A stretch of DNA of 64,000 nt. It comes from Eledone cirrhosa. Lineage: Eukaryota. The translations under genes were made by a program, and so were the position numbers. Location: assembly GCA_964016885.1 (NCBI GenBank), contig OZ024741.1, positions 243,970,001 through 244,034,000 of the forward strand, read 5' to 3'. A model generated the notes under the pieces. It worked only from the letters and a program-made list of their open reading frames with translations. It ran no database searches and had not been told where the DNA came from. Position 1 is the stretch's first letter. Every line of letters starts with the position of its first letter. Below are positions 1-11,652 of the stretch, one piece after another.

Positions 1-88
1 CGCATTTTTGTGATTCGTTTCTTCGAAGCACACCATTCGCCGCCGGACTTCAGCTTCCTCATTTAGCATGGGCAGCTTTTCTTGAAAA

Positions 89-284
89 TCACACCACACA
101 CAGCAAATGTGTGTCTGCACATGTACCAGTAATTACAGATCGATCCGACAACGGCCGGCCGGCCCACGATCGAAAAGGTAACTCCGCCGGCAAAGTCGCA
201 TTTTTGTGATTCGTTTCTTCGAAGCACACCATTCGCTGGTGGACTTCAGCTTCCTCATTTAGCATGGGCAGCTTTTCTTGAAAA
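89..284 (+). repeat. Representative 196-bp monomer (type A; the phase is chosen arbitrarily at TCACACCAC)
   Basis: The next TCACACCAC begins at 285. Type A is marked by GACAACGGCCGGCCGGCC and AAAGTCG. Confidence 0.97.
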
Positions 285-3200
285 TCACACCACACACAGC
301 AAATGTGTCTCTGCACATGTACTAGTAATTACAGATCGATCCGACCACGGGCCACCGGCCCACGATCGAAAAGGTAACTCCGGCGGCAAATTCGCATTTT
401 TGTGATTCATTTCTTCGAAGCACACCATTCGCTGGTGGACTTCAGCTTCCTCATTTAGCATGGGCAGCTTTTCTTGAAAATCACACCACACACAGCCAAT
501 GAGTGTCTGCACAGGTACCAGTAATTACAGATCGATCCGACCACGGGCGGCCTGCCCACGATCGAAAAGGTAACTCCGCCGGCAAATCCGCATTTTTGTG
601 ATTCGTTTCTTCGAAGCACACCATTCGCTGGTGGACTTCAGCTTCCTCATTTAACATGGGCAGCTTTTCTTGAAAATCACACCACACTCAGCAAATGTGT
701 GTCTGCACATGTACCAGTAATTACAGATCGATCCGACCACGGACGGCTGGCCCAGGATCGAAAAGGTAACTCCGGCGGCAAATTCGCATTTTTGTGATTC
801 GTTTCTTCGAAGCACACCATTCGCTGGTGGACTTCAGCTTCCTCATTTAGCATGGGCAGCTTTTCTTGAAAATCACACCACACACAGCAATTGTGTGTCT
901 GCACATGTACCAGTACGTACAGATCGATCCGACCACGGGCGGCCGGCCCACATTCGAAAAGGTTACTCCGCCTGCAAATCGTCATTTTTGGATTCGTTTT
1001 CTTCGAAGCACACCATTCGCCGGCGGACTTCAGCTGCCTCATTTAGCATGGGCAGCTTTTCTTGAAAATCACACCACACACAGCAAATGTGTCTCTGCAC
1101 ATGTACTAGTAATTACAGATCGATCCGACCACGGGCCACCGGCCCACGATCGAAAAGGTAACTCCGGCGGCAAATTCGCATTTTTGTGATTCATTTCTTC
1201 GAAGCACACCATTCGCTGGTGGACTTCAGCTTCCTCATTTAGCATGGGCAGCTTTTCTTGAAAATCACACCACACACAGCAAATGTGTGTCTGCACAGGT
1301 ACCAGTAATTACAGATCGATCCGACCACGGACGGCTGGCCCACGATCGAAAAGGTAACTCCGCCGGCAAATCCTAATTTTTGTGATTCGTTTCTTCGAAG
1401 CACACCATTCGCCGCCGGACTTCAGCTTCCTCATTTAGCATGGGCAGCTTTTCTTGAAAATCACACCACACACAGCCAATGAGGGACTGCACATGTACCA
1501 GTAATTACAGATCGATCCGACAACGGGCGGCCTGCCTACGATCGAAAAGGTAACTCCGCCGGCAAATTCGCATTTTTGTGATTCGTTTCTTCGAAGCACA
1601 CCATTCGCCGCCGGACTTCAGCTTCCTCATTTAGCATGGGCAGCTTTTCTTGAAAATCACACCACTCACAGCCAATGAGTCTCTGCACAGGTACCACTAA
1701 TTACAGATCGATACGACCAGGGGCGGCCTGCCCACGATCGAAAAGGTAACTCCGCCGGCAAATCCGCATTTTTGTGATTCGTTTCTTCGAAGCACACCAT
1801 TCGCCGCCGGACTTCAGCTTCCTCATTTAGCAGGGGCAGCTTTTCTTAAAAATCACACCACACTCAGCAAATGTGTGTCTGCACATGTACCAGTAATTAC
1901 AGATCGATCCGACAACGGCCGGCCGGCCCACGATCGAAAAGGTAACTCCGCCGGCAAAGTCGCATTTTTGTGATTCGTTTCTTCGAAGCACACCATTCGC
2001 TGGTGGACTTCAGCTTCCTCATTTAGCATGGGCAGCCTTTCTTGAAAATCACACCACACACAGCAAATGTGTCTCTGCACATGTACTAGTAATTACAGAT
2101 CGATCCGACCACGGGCCACCGGCCCACGATCGAAAAGGTAACTCCGGCGGCAAATTCGCATTTTTGTGATTCATTTCTTCGAAGCACACCATTCGCTGGT
2201 GGACTTCAGCTTCCTCATTTAGCATGGGCAGCTTTTCTTGAAAATCACACCACACACAGCCAATGAGTGTCTGCACAGGTACCAGTAATTACAGATCGAT
2301 CCGACCACGGGCGGCCTGCCCACGATCGAAAAGGTAACTCCGCCGGCAAATCCGCATTTTTGTGATTCGTTTCTTCGAAGCACACCATTCGCTGGTGGAC
2401 TTCAGCTTCCTCATTTAACATGGGCAGCTTTTCTTGAAAATCACACCACACTCAGCAAATGTGTGTCTGCACATGTACCAGTAATTACAGATCGATCCGA
2501 CCACGGACGGCTGGCCCAGGATCGAAAAGGTAACTCCGGCGGCAAATTCGCATTTTTGTGATTCGTTTCTTCGAAGCACACCATTCGCTGGTGGACTTCA
2601 GCTTCCTCATTTAGCATGGGCAGCTTTTCTTGAAAATCACACCACACACAGCAATTGTGTGTCTGCACATGTACCAGTACGTACAGATCGATCCGACCAC
2701 GGGCGGCCGGCCCACATTCGAAAAGGTTACTCCGCCTGCAAATCGTCATTTTTGGATTCGTTTTCTTCGAAGCACACCATTCGCCGGCGGACTTCAGCTG
2801 CCTCATTTAGCATGGGCAGCTTTTCTTGAAAATCACACCACACACAGCAAATGTGTCTCTGCACATGTACTAGTAATTACAGATCGATCCGACCACGGGC
2901 CACCGGCCCACGATCGAAAAGGTAACTCCGGCGGCAAATTCGCATTTTTGTGATTCATTTCTTCGAAGCACACCATTCGCTGGTGGACTTCAGCTTCCTC
3001 ATTTAGCATGGGCAGCTTTTCTTGAAAATCACACCACACACAGCAAATGTGTGTCTGCACAGGTACCAGTAATTACAGATCGATCCGACCACGGACGGCT
3101 GGCCCACGATCGAAAAGGTAACTCCGCCGGCAAATCCTAATTTTTGTGATTCGTTTCTTCGAAGCACACCATTCGCCGCCGGACTTCAGCTTCCACATTT

Positions 3201-5380
3201 AGCATGGGCAGCTTTTCTTGAAAATCACACCACACACAGCCAATGAGTGACTGCACATGTACCAGTAATTACAGATCGATCCGACAACGGGCGGCCTGCC
3301 TACGATCGAAAAGGTAACTCCGCCGGCAAATTCGCATTTTTGTGATTCGTTTCTTCGAAGCACACCATTCGCCGCCGGACTTCAGCTTCCTCATTTAGCA
3401 TGGGCAGCTTTTCTTGAAAATCACACCACTCACAGCCAATGAGTCTCTGCACAGGTACCACTAATTACAGATCGATACGACCAGGGGCGGCCTGCCCACG
3501 ATCGAAAAGGTAACTCCGCCGGCAAATCCGCATTTTTGTGATTCGTTTCTTCGAAGCACACCATTCGCCGCCGGACTTCAGCTTCCTCATTTAGCAGGGG
3601 CAGCTTTTCTTAAAAATCACACCACACTCAGCAAATGTGTGTCTGCACATGTACCAGTAATTACAGATCGATCCGACAACGGCCGGCCGGCCCACGATCG
3701 AAAAGGTAACTCCGCCGGCAAAGTCGCATTTTTGTGATTCGTTTCTTCGAAGCACACCATTCGCTGGTGGACTTCAGCTTCCTCATTTAGCATGGGCAGC
3801 CTTTCTTGAAAATCACACCACACACAGCAAATGTGTCTCTGCACATGTACTAGTAATTACAGATCGATCCGACCACGGGCCACCGGCCCACGATCGAAAA
3901 GGTAACTCCGGCGGCAAATTCGCATTTTTGTGATTCATTTCTTCGAAGCACACCATTCGCTGGTGGACTTCAGCTTCCTCATTTAGCATGGGCAGCTTTT
4001 CTTGAAAATCACACCACACACAGCCAATGAGTGTCTGCACAGGTACCAGTAATTACAGATCGATCCGACCACGGGCGGCCTGCCCACGATCGAAAAGGTA
4101 ACTCCGCCGGCAAATCCGCATTTTTGTGATTCGTTTCTTCGAAGCACACCATTCGCTGGTGGACTTCAGCTTCCTCATTTAACATGGGCAGCTTTTCTTG
4201 AAAATCACACCACACTCAGCAAATGTGTGTCTGCACATGTACCAGTAATTACAGATCGATCCGACCACGGACGGCTGGCCCAGGATCGAAAAGGTAACTC
4301 CGGCGGCAAATTCGCATTTTTGTGATTCGTTTCTTCGAAGCACACCATTCGCTGGTGGACTTCAGCTTCCTCATTTAGCATGGGCAGCTTTTCTTGAAAA
4401 TCACACCACACACAGCAATTGTGTGTCTGCACATGTACCAGTACGTACAGATCGATCCGACCACGGGCGGCCGGCCCACATTCGAAAAGGTTACTCCGCC
4501 TGCAAATCGTCATTTTTGGATTCGTTTTCTTCGAAGCACACCATTCGCCGGCGGACTTCAGCTGCCTCATTTAGCATGGGCAGCTTTTCTTGAAAATCAC
4601 ACCACACACAGCAAATGTGTCTCTGCACATGTACTAGTAATTACAGATCGATCCGACCACGGGCCACCGGCCCACGATCGAAAAGGTAACTCCGGCGGCA
4701 AATTCGCATTTTTGTGATTCATTTCTTCGAAGCACACCATTCGCTGGTGGACTTCAGCTTCCTCATTTAGCATGGGCAGCTTTTCTTGAAAATCACACCA
4801 CACACAGCAAATGTGTGTCTGCACAGGTACCAGTAATTACAGATCGATCCGACCACGGACGGCTGGCCCACGATCGAAAAGGTAACTCCGCCGGCAAATC
4901 CTAATTTTTGTGATTCGTTTCTTCGAAGCACACCATTCGCCGCCGGACTTCAGCTTCCTCATTTAGCATGGGCAGCTTTTCTTGAAAATCACACCACACA
5001 CAGCCAATGAGTGACTGCACATGTACCAGTAATTACAGATCGATCCGACAACGGGCGGCCTGCCTACGATCGAAAAGGTAACTCCGCCGGCAAATTCGCA
5101 TTTTTGTGATTCGTTTCTTCGAAGCACACCATTCGCCGCCGGACTTCAGCTTCCTCATTTAGCATGGGCAGCTTTTCTTGAAAATCACACCACTCACAGC
5201 CAATGAGTCTCTGCACAGGTACCACTAATTACAGATCGATACGACCAGGGGCGGCCTGCCCACGATCGAAAAGGTAACTCCGCCGGCAAATCCGCATTTT
5301 TGTGATTCGTTTCTTCGAAGCACACCATTCGCCGCCGGACTTCAGCTTCCTCATTTAGCAGGGGCAGCTTTTCTTAAAAA
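89..5380 (+). repeat. 9-monomer HOR (1764 bp), order A-B-C-D-E-B-F-G-H, three consecutive full copies
   Basis: Units start at 89, 1853 and 3617, with a fourth, altered unit at 5381. Diagnostic motifs recur at 1764-bp spacing: E GTACGTAC, F AAATCCTAAT, G TGCCTACG, H GATACGACCAGGGG and GCAGGGG..CTTAAAAA. Confidence 0.95.
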
Positions 5381-5479
5381 TCACACCACACTCAGCAAAT
5401 GTGTGTCTGCACATGTACCAGTAATTACAGATCGATCCGACAACGGCCGGCCGGCCCACGATCGAAAAGGTAACTCCGC

Positions 5480-7830
5480 CGGCAAAGTCGCATTTTTGTC
5501 ATTCGTTTCTTCGAAGCACACCATTCGCTGGTGGACTTCAGCTTCCTCATTTAGCATGGGCAGCTTTTCTTGAAAATCACACCACACACAGCAAATGTGT
5601 CTCTGCACATGTACTAGTAATTACAGATCGATCCGACCACGGGCCACCGGCCCACGATCGAAAAGGTAACTCCGGCGGCAAATTCGCATTTTTGTGATTC
5701 ATTTCTTCGAAGCACACCATTCGCTGGTGGACTTCAGCTTCCTCATTTAGCATGGGCAGCTTTTCTTGAAAATCACACCACACACAGCCAATGAGTGTCT
5801 GCACAGGTACCAGTAATTACAGATCGATCCGACCACGGGCGGCCTGCCCACGATCGAAAAGGTAACTCCGCCGGCAAATCCGCATTTTTGTGATTCGTTT
5901 CTTCGAAGCACACCATTCGCTGGTGGACTTCAGCTTCCTCATTTAACATGGGCAGCTTTTCTTGAAAATCACACCACACTCAGCAAATGTGTGTCTGCAC
6001 ATGTACCAGTAATTACAGATCGATCCGACCACGGAAGGCTGGCCCAGGATCGAAAAGGTAACTCCGGCGGCAAATTCGCATTTTTGTGATTCGTTTCTTC
6101 GAAGCACACCATTCGCTGGTGGACTTCAGCTTCCTCATTTAGCATGGGCAGCTTTTCTTGAAAATCACACCACACACAGCAATTGTGTGTCTGCACATGT
6201 ACCAGTACGTACAGATCGATCCGACCACGGGCGGCCGGCCCACATTCGAAAAGGTTACTCCGCCTGCAAATCGTCATTTTTGGATTCGTTTTCTTCGAAG
6301 CACACCATTCGCCGGCGGACTTCAGCTGCCTCATTTAGCATGGGCAGCTTTTCTTGAAAATCACACCACACACAGCAAATGTGTCTCTGCACATGTACTA
6401 GTAATTACAGATCGATCCGACCACGGGCCACCGGCCCACGATCGAAAAGGTAACTACGGCGGCAAATTCGCATTTTTGTGATTCATTTCTTCGAAGCACA
6501 CCATTCGCTGGTGGACTTCAGCTTCCTCATTTAGCATGGGCAGCTTTTCTTGAAAATCACACCACACACAGCAAATGTGTGTCTGCACAGGTACCAGTAA
6601 TTACAGATCGATCCGACCACGGACGGCTGGCCCACGATCGAAAAGGTAACTCCGCCGGCAAAGTCGCATTTTTGTCATTCGTTTCTTCGAAGCACACCAT
6701 TCGCTGGTGGACTTCAGCTTCCTCATTTAGCATGGGCAGCTTTTCTTGAAAATCACACCACACACAGCAAATGTGTCTCTGCACATGTACTAGTAATTAC
6801 AGATCGATCCGACCACGGGCCACCGGCCCACGATCGAAAAGGTAACTCCGGCGGCAAATTCGCATTTTTGTGATTCATTTCTTCGAAGCACACCATTCGC
6901 TGGTGGACTTCAGCTTCCTCATTTAGCATGGGCAGCTTTTCTTGAAAATCACACCACACACAGCCAATGAGTGTCTGCACAGGTACCAGTAATTACAGAT
7001 CGATCCGACCACGGGCGGCCTGCCCACGATCGAAAAGGTAACTCCGCCGGCAAATCCGCATTTTTGTGATTCGTTTCTTCGAAGCACACCATTCGCTGGT
7101 GGACTTCAGCTTCCTCATTTAACATGGGCAGCTTTTCTTGAAAATCACACCACACTCAGCAAATGTGTGTCTGCACATGTACCAGTAATTACAGATCGAT
7201 CCGACCACGGACGGCTGGCCCAGGATCGAAAAGGTAACTCCGGCGGCAAATTCGCATTTTTGTGATTCGTTTCTTCGAAGCACACCATTCGCTGGTGGAC
7301 TTCAGCTTCCTCATTTAGCATGGGCAGCTTTTCTTGAAAATCACACCACACACAGCAATTGTGTGTCTGCACATGTACCAGTACGTACAGATCGATCCGA
7401 CCACGGGCGGCCGGCCCACATTCGAAAAGGTTACTCCGCCTGCAAATCGTCATTTTTGGATTCGTTTTCTTCGAAGCACACCATTCGCCGGCGGACTTCA
7501 GCTGCCTCATTTAGCATGGGCAGCTTTTCTTGAAAATCACACCACACACAGCAAATGTGTCTCTGCACATGTACTAGTAATTACAGATCGATCCGACCAC
7601 GGGCCACCGGCCCACGATCGAAAAGGTAACTACGGCGGCAAATTCGCATTTTTGTGATTCATTTCTTCGAAGCACACCATTCGCTGGTGGACTTCAGCTT
7701 CCTCATTTAGCATGGGCAGCTTTTCTTGAAAATCACACCACACACAGCAAATGTGTGTCTGCACAGGTACCAGTAATTACAGATCGATCCGACCACGGAC
7801 GGCTGGCCCACGATCGAAAAGGTAACTCCG
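5480..7830 (+). repeat. 6-monomer (1176 bp) tandem duplication inside the 9-mer HOR
   Basis: Private variants are duplicated exactly 1176 bp apart: TTTGTCATTC (C at 5500 and 6676) and TAACTACGGC (A at 6456 and 7632). A chimeric F/A monomer sits at 6557. Confidence 0.9.
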
Positions 7831-9888
7831 CCGGCAAATCCTAATTTTTGTGATTCGTTTCTTCGAAGCACACCATTCGCCGCCGGACTTCAGCTTCCTC
7901 ATTTAGCATGGGCAGCTTTTCTTGAAAATCACACCACACACAGCCAATGAGTGACTGCACATGTACCAGTAATTACAGATCGATCCGACAACGGGCGGCC
8001 TGCCTACGATCGAAAAGGTAACTCCGCCGGCAAATTCGCATTTTTGTGATTCGTTTCTTCGAAGCACACCATTCGCCGCCGGACTTCAGCTTCCTCATTT
8101 AGAATGGGCAGCTTTTCTTGAAAATCACACCACTCACAGCCAATGAGTCTCTGCACAGGTACCACTAATTACAGATCGATACGACCAGGGGCGGCCTGCC
8201 CACGATCGAAAAGGTAACTCCGCCGGCAAATCCGCATTTTTGTGATTCGTTTCTTCGAAGCACACCATTCGCCGCCGGACTTCAGCTTCCTCATTTAGCA
8301 GGGGCAGCTTTTCTTAAAAATCACACCACACTCAGCAAATGTGTGTCTGCACATGTACCAGTAATTACAGATCGATCCGACCACGGGCGGCCTGCCCACG
8401 ATCGAAAAGGTAACTCCGCCGGCAAATTCGCATTTTTGTGATTCGTTTCTTCGAAGCACACCATTCGCTGGTGGACTTCAGCTTCCTCATTTAACATGGG
8501 CAGCTTTTCTTGAAAATCACACCACACTCAGCAAATGTGTGTCTGCACATGTACCAGTAATTACAGATCGATCCGCCCACGGGCGGCCGGCCCACGATCG
8601 AAAATGTAACTCCGCCGGCAAATTCGCATTTTTGTGATTCGTTTCTTCGAAGCACACCATTCGCTGGTGGACTTCAGCTTCCTCATTTAGCATGGGCAGC
8701 TTTTCTTGAAAATCACACCACACTCAGCAAATGTGTGTCTGCACATGTACCAGTAATTACAGATCGATACGACCACGGGCGGCCTGCCCACGATCGAAAA
8801 GGTAACTCCGCCGGCAAATCCGCATTTTTGTGATTCGTTTCTTCGAAGCACACCATTCGCCGCCGGACTTCAGCTTCCTCATTTAGCATGGGCAGCTTTT
8901 CTTGAAAATCACACCACACACAGCAAATGTGTCTCTGCACATGTACTAGTAATTACAGATCGATCCGACCACGGGCCACCGGCCCACGATCGAAAAGGTA
9001 ACTCCGGCGGCAAAATCGCATTTTTGTGATTCATTTCTTCGAAGCACACCATTCGCTGGTGGACTTCAGCTTCCTCATTTAGCATGGGCAGCTTTTCTTG
9101 AAAATCACACCACACACAGCCAATGAGTGTCTGCACAGGTACCAGTAATTACAGATCGATCCGACCACGGGCGGCCTGCCCACGATCGAAAAGGTAACTC
9201 CGCCGGCAAATCCGCATTTTTGTGATTCGTTTCTTCGAAGCACACCATTCGCCGCCGGACTTCAGCTTCCTCATTTAGCATGGGCAGCTTTTCTTAAAAA
9301 TCACACCACACTCAGCAAATGAGTGTCTGCACATGTACCAGTAATTACAGATCGATCCGACCACGGGCGGCCTGCCTACGATCGAAAAGGTAACTCCGCC
9401 GGCAAATTCGCATTTTTGTGATTCGTTTCTTCGAAGCACACCATTCGCCGCCGGACTTCAGCTTCCTCATTTAGCATGGGCAGCTTTTCTTGAAAATCAC
9501 ACCACACACAGCAAATGTGTGTCTGCACAGGTACGAGTAATTACAGATCGATCCGACCACGGGCGGCCGGCCCACGATCGAAAAGGTAACTCCGCCGGCA
9601 AATCCGCATTTTTGTGATTCGTTTCTTCGAAGCACACCATTCGCCGCCGGACTTCAGCTTCCTCATTTAGCATGGGCAGCTTTTCTTGAAAATCACACCA
9701 CACACAGCAAATGTGTGTCTGCACATTTCCCAGTAATTACAGATCGATCCGACCACGGGCGGCCGGCCCACGATCAAAAAGGTAACTCCGCCGGCAAATC
9801 CGCATTTTTGTGATTCGTTTCTTCGAAGCACACCATTCGCCGCCGGACTTCAGCTTCCTCATTTAGCATGGGCAGCTTTTCTTGAAAA

Positions 9889-11652
9889 TCACACCACACA
9901 CAGCAAATGTGTGTCTGCACATGTACCAGTAATTACAGATCGATCCGACAACGGCCGGCCGGCCCACGATCGAAAAGGTAACTCCGCCGGCAAAGTCGCA
10001 TTTTTGTGATTCGTTTCTTCGAAGCACACCATTCGCTGGTGGACTTCAGCTTCCTCATTTAGCATGGGCAGCTTTTCTTGAAAATCACACCACACACAGC
10101 AAATGTGTCTCTGCACATGTACTAGTAATTACAGATCGATCCGACCACGGGCCACCGGCCCACGATCGAAAAGGTAACTCCGGCGGCAAATTCGCATTTT
10201 TGTGATTCATTTCTTCGAAGCACACCATTCGCTGGTGGACTTCAGCTTCCTCATTTAGCATGGGCAGCTTTTCTTGAAAATCACACCACACACAGCCAAT
10301 GAGTGTCTGCACAGGTACCAGTAATTACAGATCGATCCGACCACGGGCGGCCTGCCCACGATCGAAAAGGTAACTCCGCCGGCAAATCCGCATTTTTGTG
10401 ATTCGTTTCTTCGAAGCACACCATTCGCTGGTGGACTTCAGCTTCCTCATTTAACATGGGCAGCTTTTCTTGAAAATCACACCACACTCAGCAAATGTGT
10501 GTCTGCACATGTACCAGTAATTACAGATCGATCCGACCACGGACGGCTGGCCCAGGATCGAAAAGGTAACTCCGGCGGCAAATTCGCATTTTTGTGATTC
10601 GTTTCTTCGAAGCACACCATTCGCTGGTGGACTTCAGCTTCCTCATTTAGCATGGGCAGCTTTTCTTGAAAATCACACCACACACAGCAATTGTGTGTCT
10701 GCACATGTACCAGTACGTACAGATCGATCCGACCACGGGCGGCCGGCCCACATTCGAAAAGGTTACTCCGCCTGCAAATCGTCATTTTTGGATTCGTTTT
10801 CTTCGAAGCACACCATTCGCCGGCGGACTTCAGCTGCCTCATTTAGCATGGGCAGCTTTTCTTGAAAATCACACCACACACAGCAAATGTGTCTCTGCAC
10901 ATGTACTAGTAATTACAGATCGATCCGACCACGGGCCACCGGCCCACGATCGAAAAGGTAACTCCGGCGGCAAATTCGCATTTTTGTGATTCATTTCTTC
11001 GAAGCACACCATTCGCTGGTGGACTTCAGCTTCCTCATTTAGCATGGGCAGCTTTTCTTGAAAATCACACCACACACAGCAAATGTGTGTCTGCACAGGT
11101 ACCAGTAATTACAGATCGATCCGACCACGGACGGCTGGCCCACGATCGAAAAGGTAACTCCGCCGGCAAATCCTAATTTTTGTGATTCGTTTCTTCGAAG
11201 CACACCATTCGCCGCCGGACTTCAGCTTCCTCATTTAGCATGGGCAGCTTTTCTTGAAAATCACACCACACACAGCCAATGAGTGACTGCACATGTACCA
11301 GTAATTACAGATCGATCCGACAACGGGCGGCCTGCCTACGATCGAAAAGGTAACTCCGCCGGCAAATTCGCATTTTTGTGATTCGTTTCTTCGAAGCACA
11401 CCATTCGCCGCCGGACTTCAGCTTCCTCATTTAGCATGGGCAGCTTTTCTTGAAAATCACACCACTCACAGCCAATGAGTCTCTGCACAGGTACCACTAA
11501 TTACAGATCGATACGACCAGGGGCGGCCTGCCCACGATCGAAAAGGTAACTCCGCCGGCAAATCCGCATTTTTGTGATTCGTTTCTTCGAAGCACACCAT
11601 TCGCCGCCGGACTTCAGCTTCCTCATTTAGCAGGGGCAGCTTTTCTTAAAAA
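9889..11652 (+). repeat. Full 9-mer HOR copy (A-B-C-D-E-B-F-G-H)
   Basis: Same monomer order and diagnostic motifs as 89-1852. Confidence 0.92.

Noticed and set aside
155-250. CENP-B box
   Set aside because: TTCG occurs several times on both strands, but never with the required TTCG-N4-A-N2-CGGG spacing.
195-255. Hammerhead ribozyme on the minus strand, as in newt, schistosome and cricket satellites (CTGAAG...stem-loop...GAAAC)
   Set aside because: The core reads CUGAAGU rather than CUGANGA, and GAAA does not directly follow the CACCA/UGGUG stem. An Infernal search with Rfam hammerhead models would settle it.
89-284. Trypanosoma cruzi 195-bp satellite, primate alpha satellite or Arabidopsis CEN178
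   Set aside because: Only the length or organisation is similar. I see none of the sequence motifs I recall for those families, and no database search was run.
89-284. Tandem tRNA, 5S rRNA, SL-RNA gene or SINE array (TTCGAA resembles a B box)
   Set aside because: There is no GTTCRANNC B box paired with an A box, no cloverleaf, and no recognisable 5S or spliced-leader sequence.
170-284. Phased A/T tracts suggesting intrinsic DNA curvature
   Set aside because: Only about three short tracts (near 193, 203 and 215) are roughly 10-11 bp apart. This is too weak to claim without a curvature calculation.
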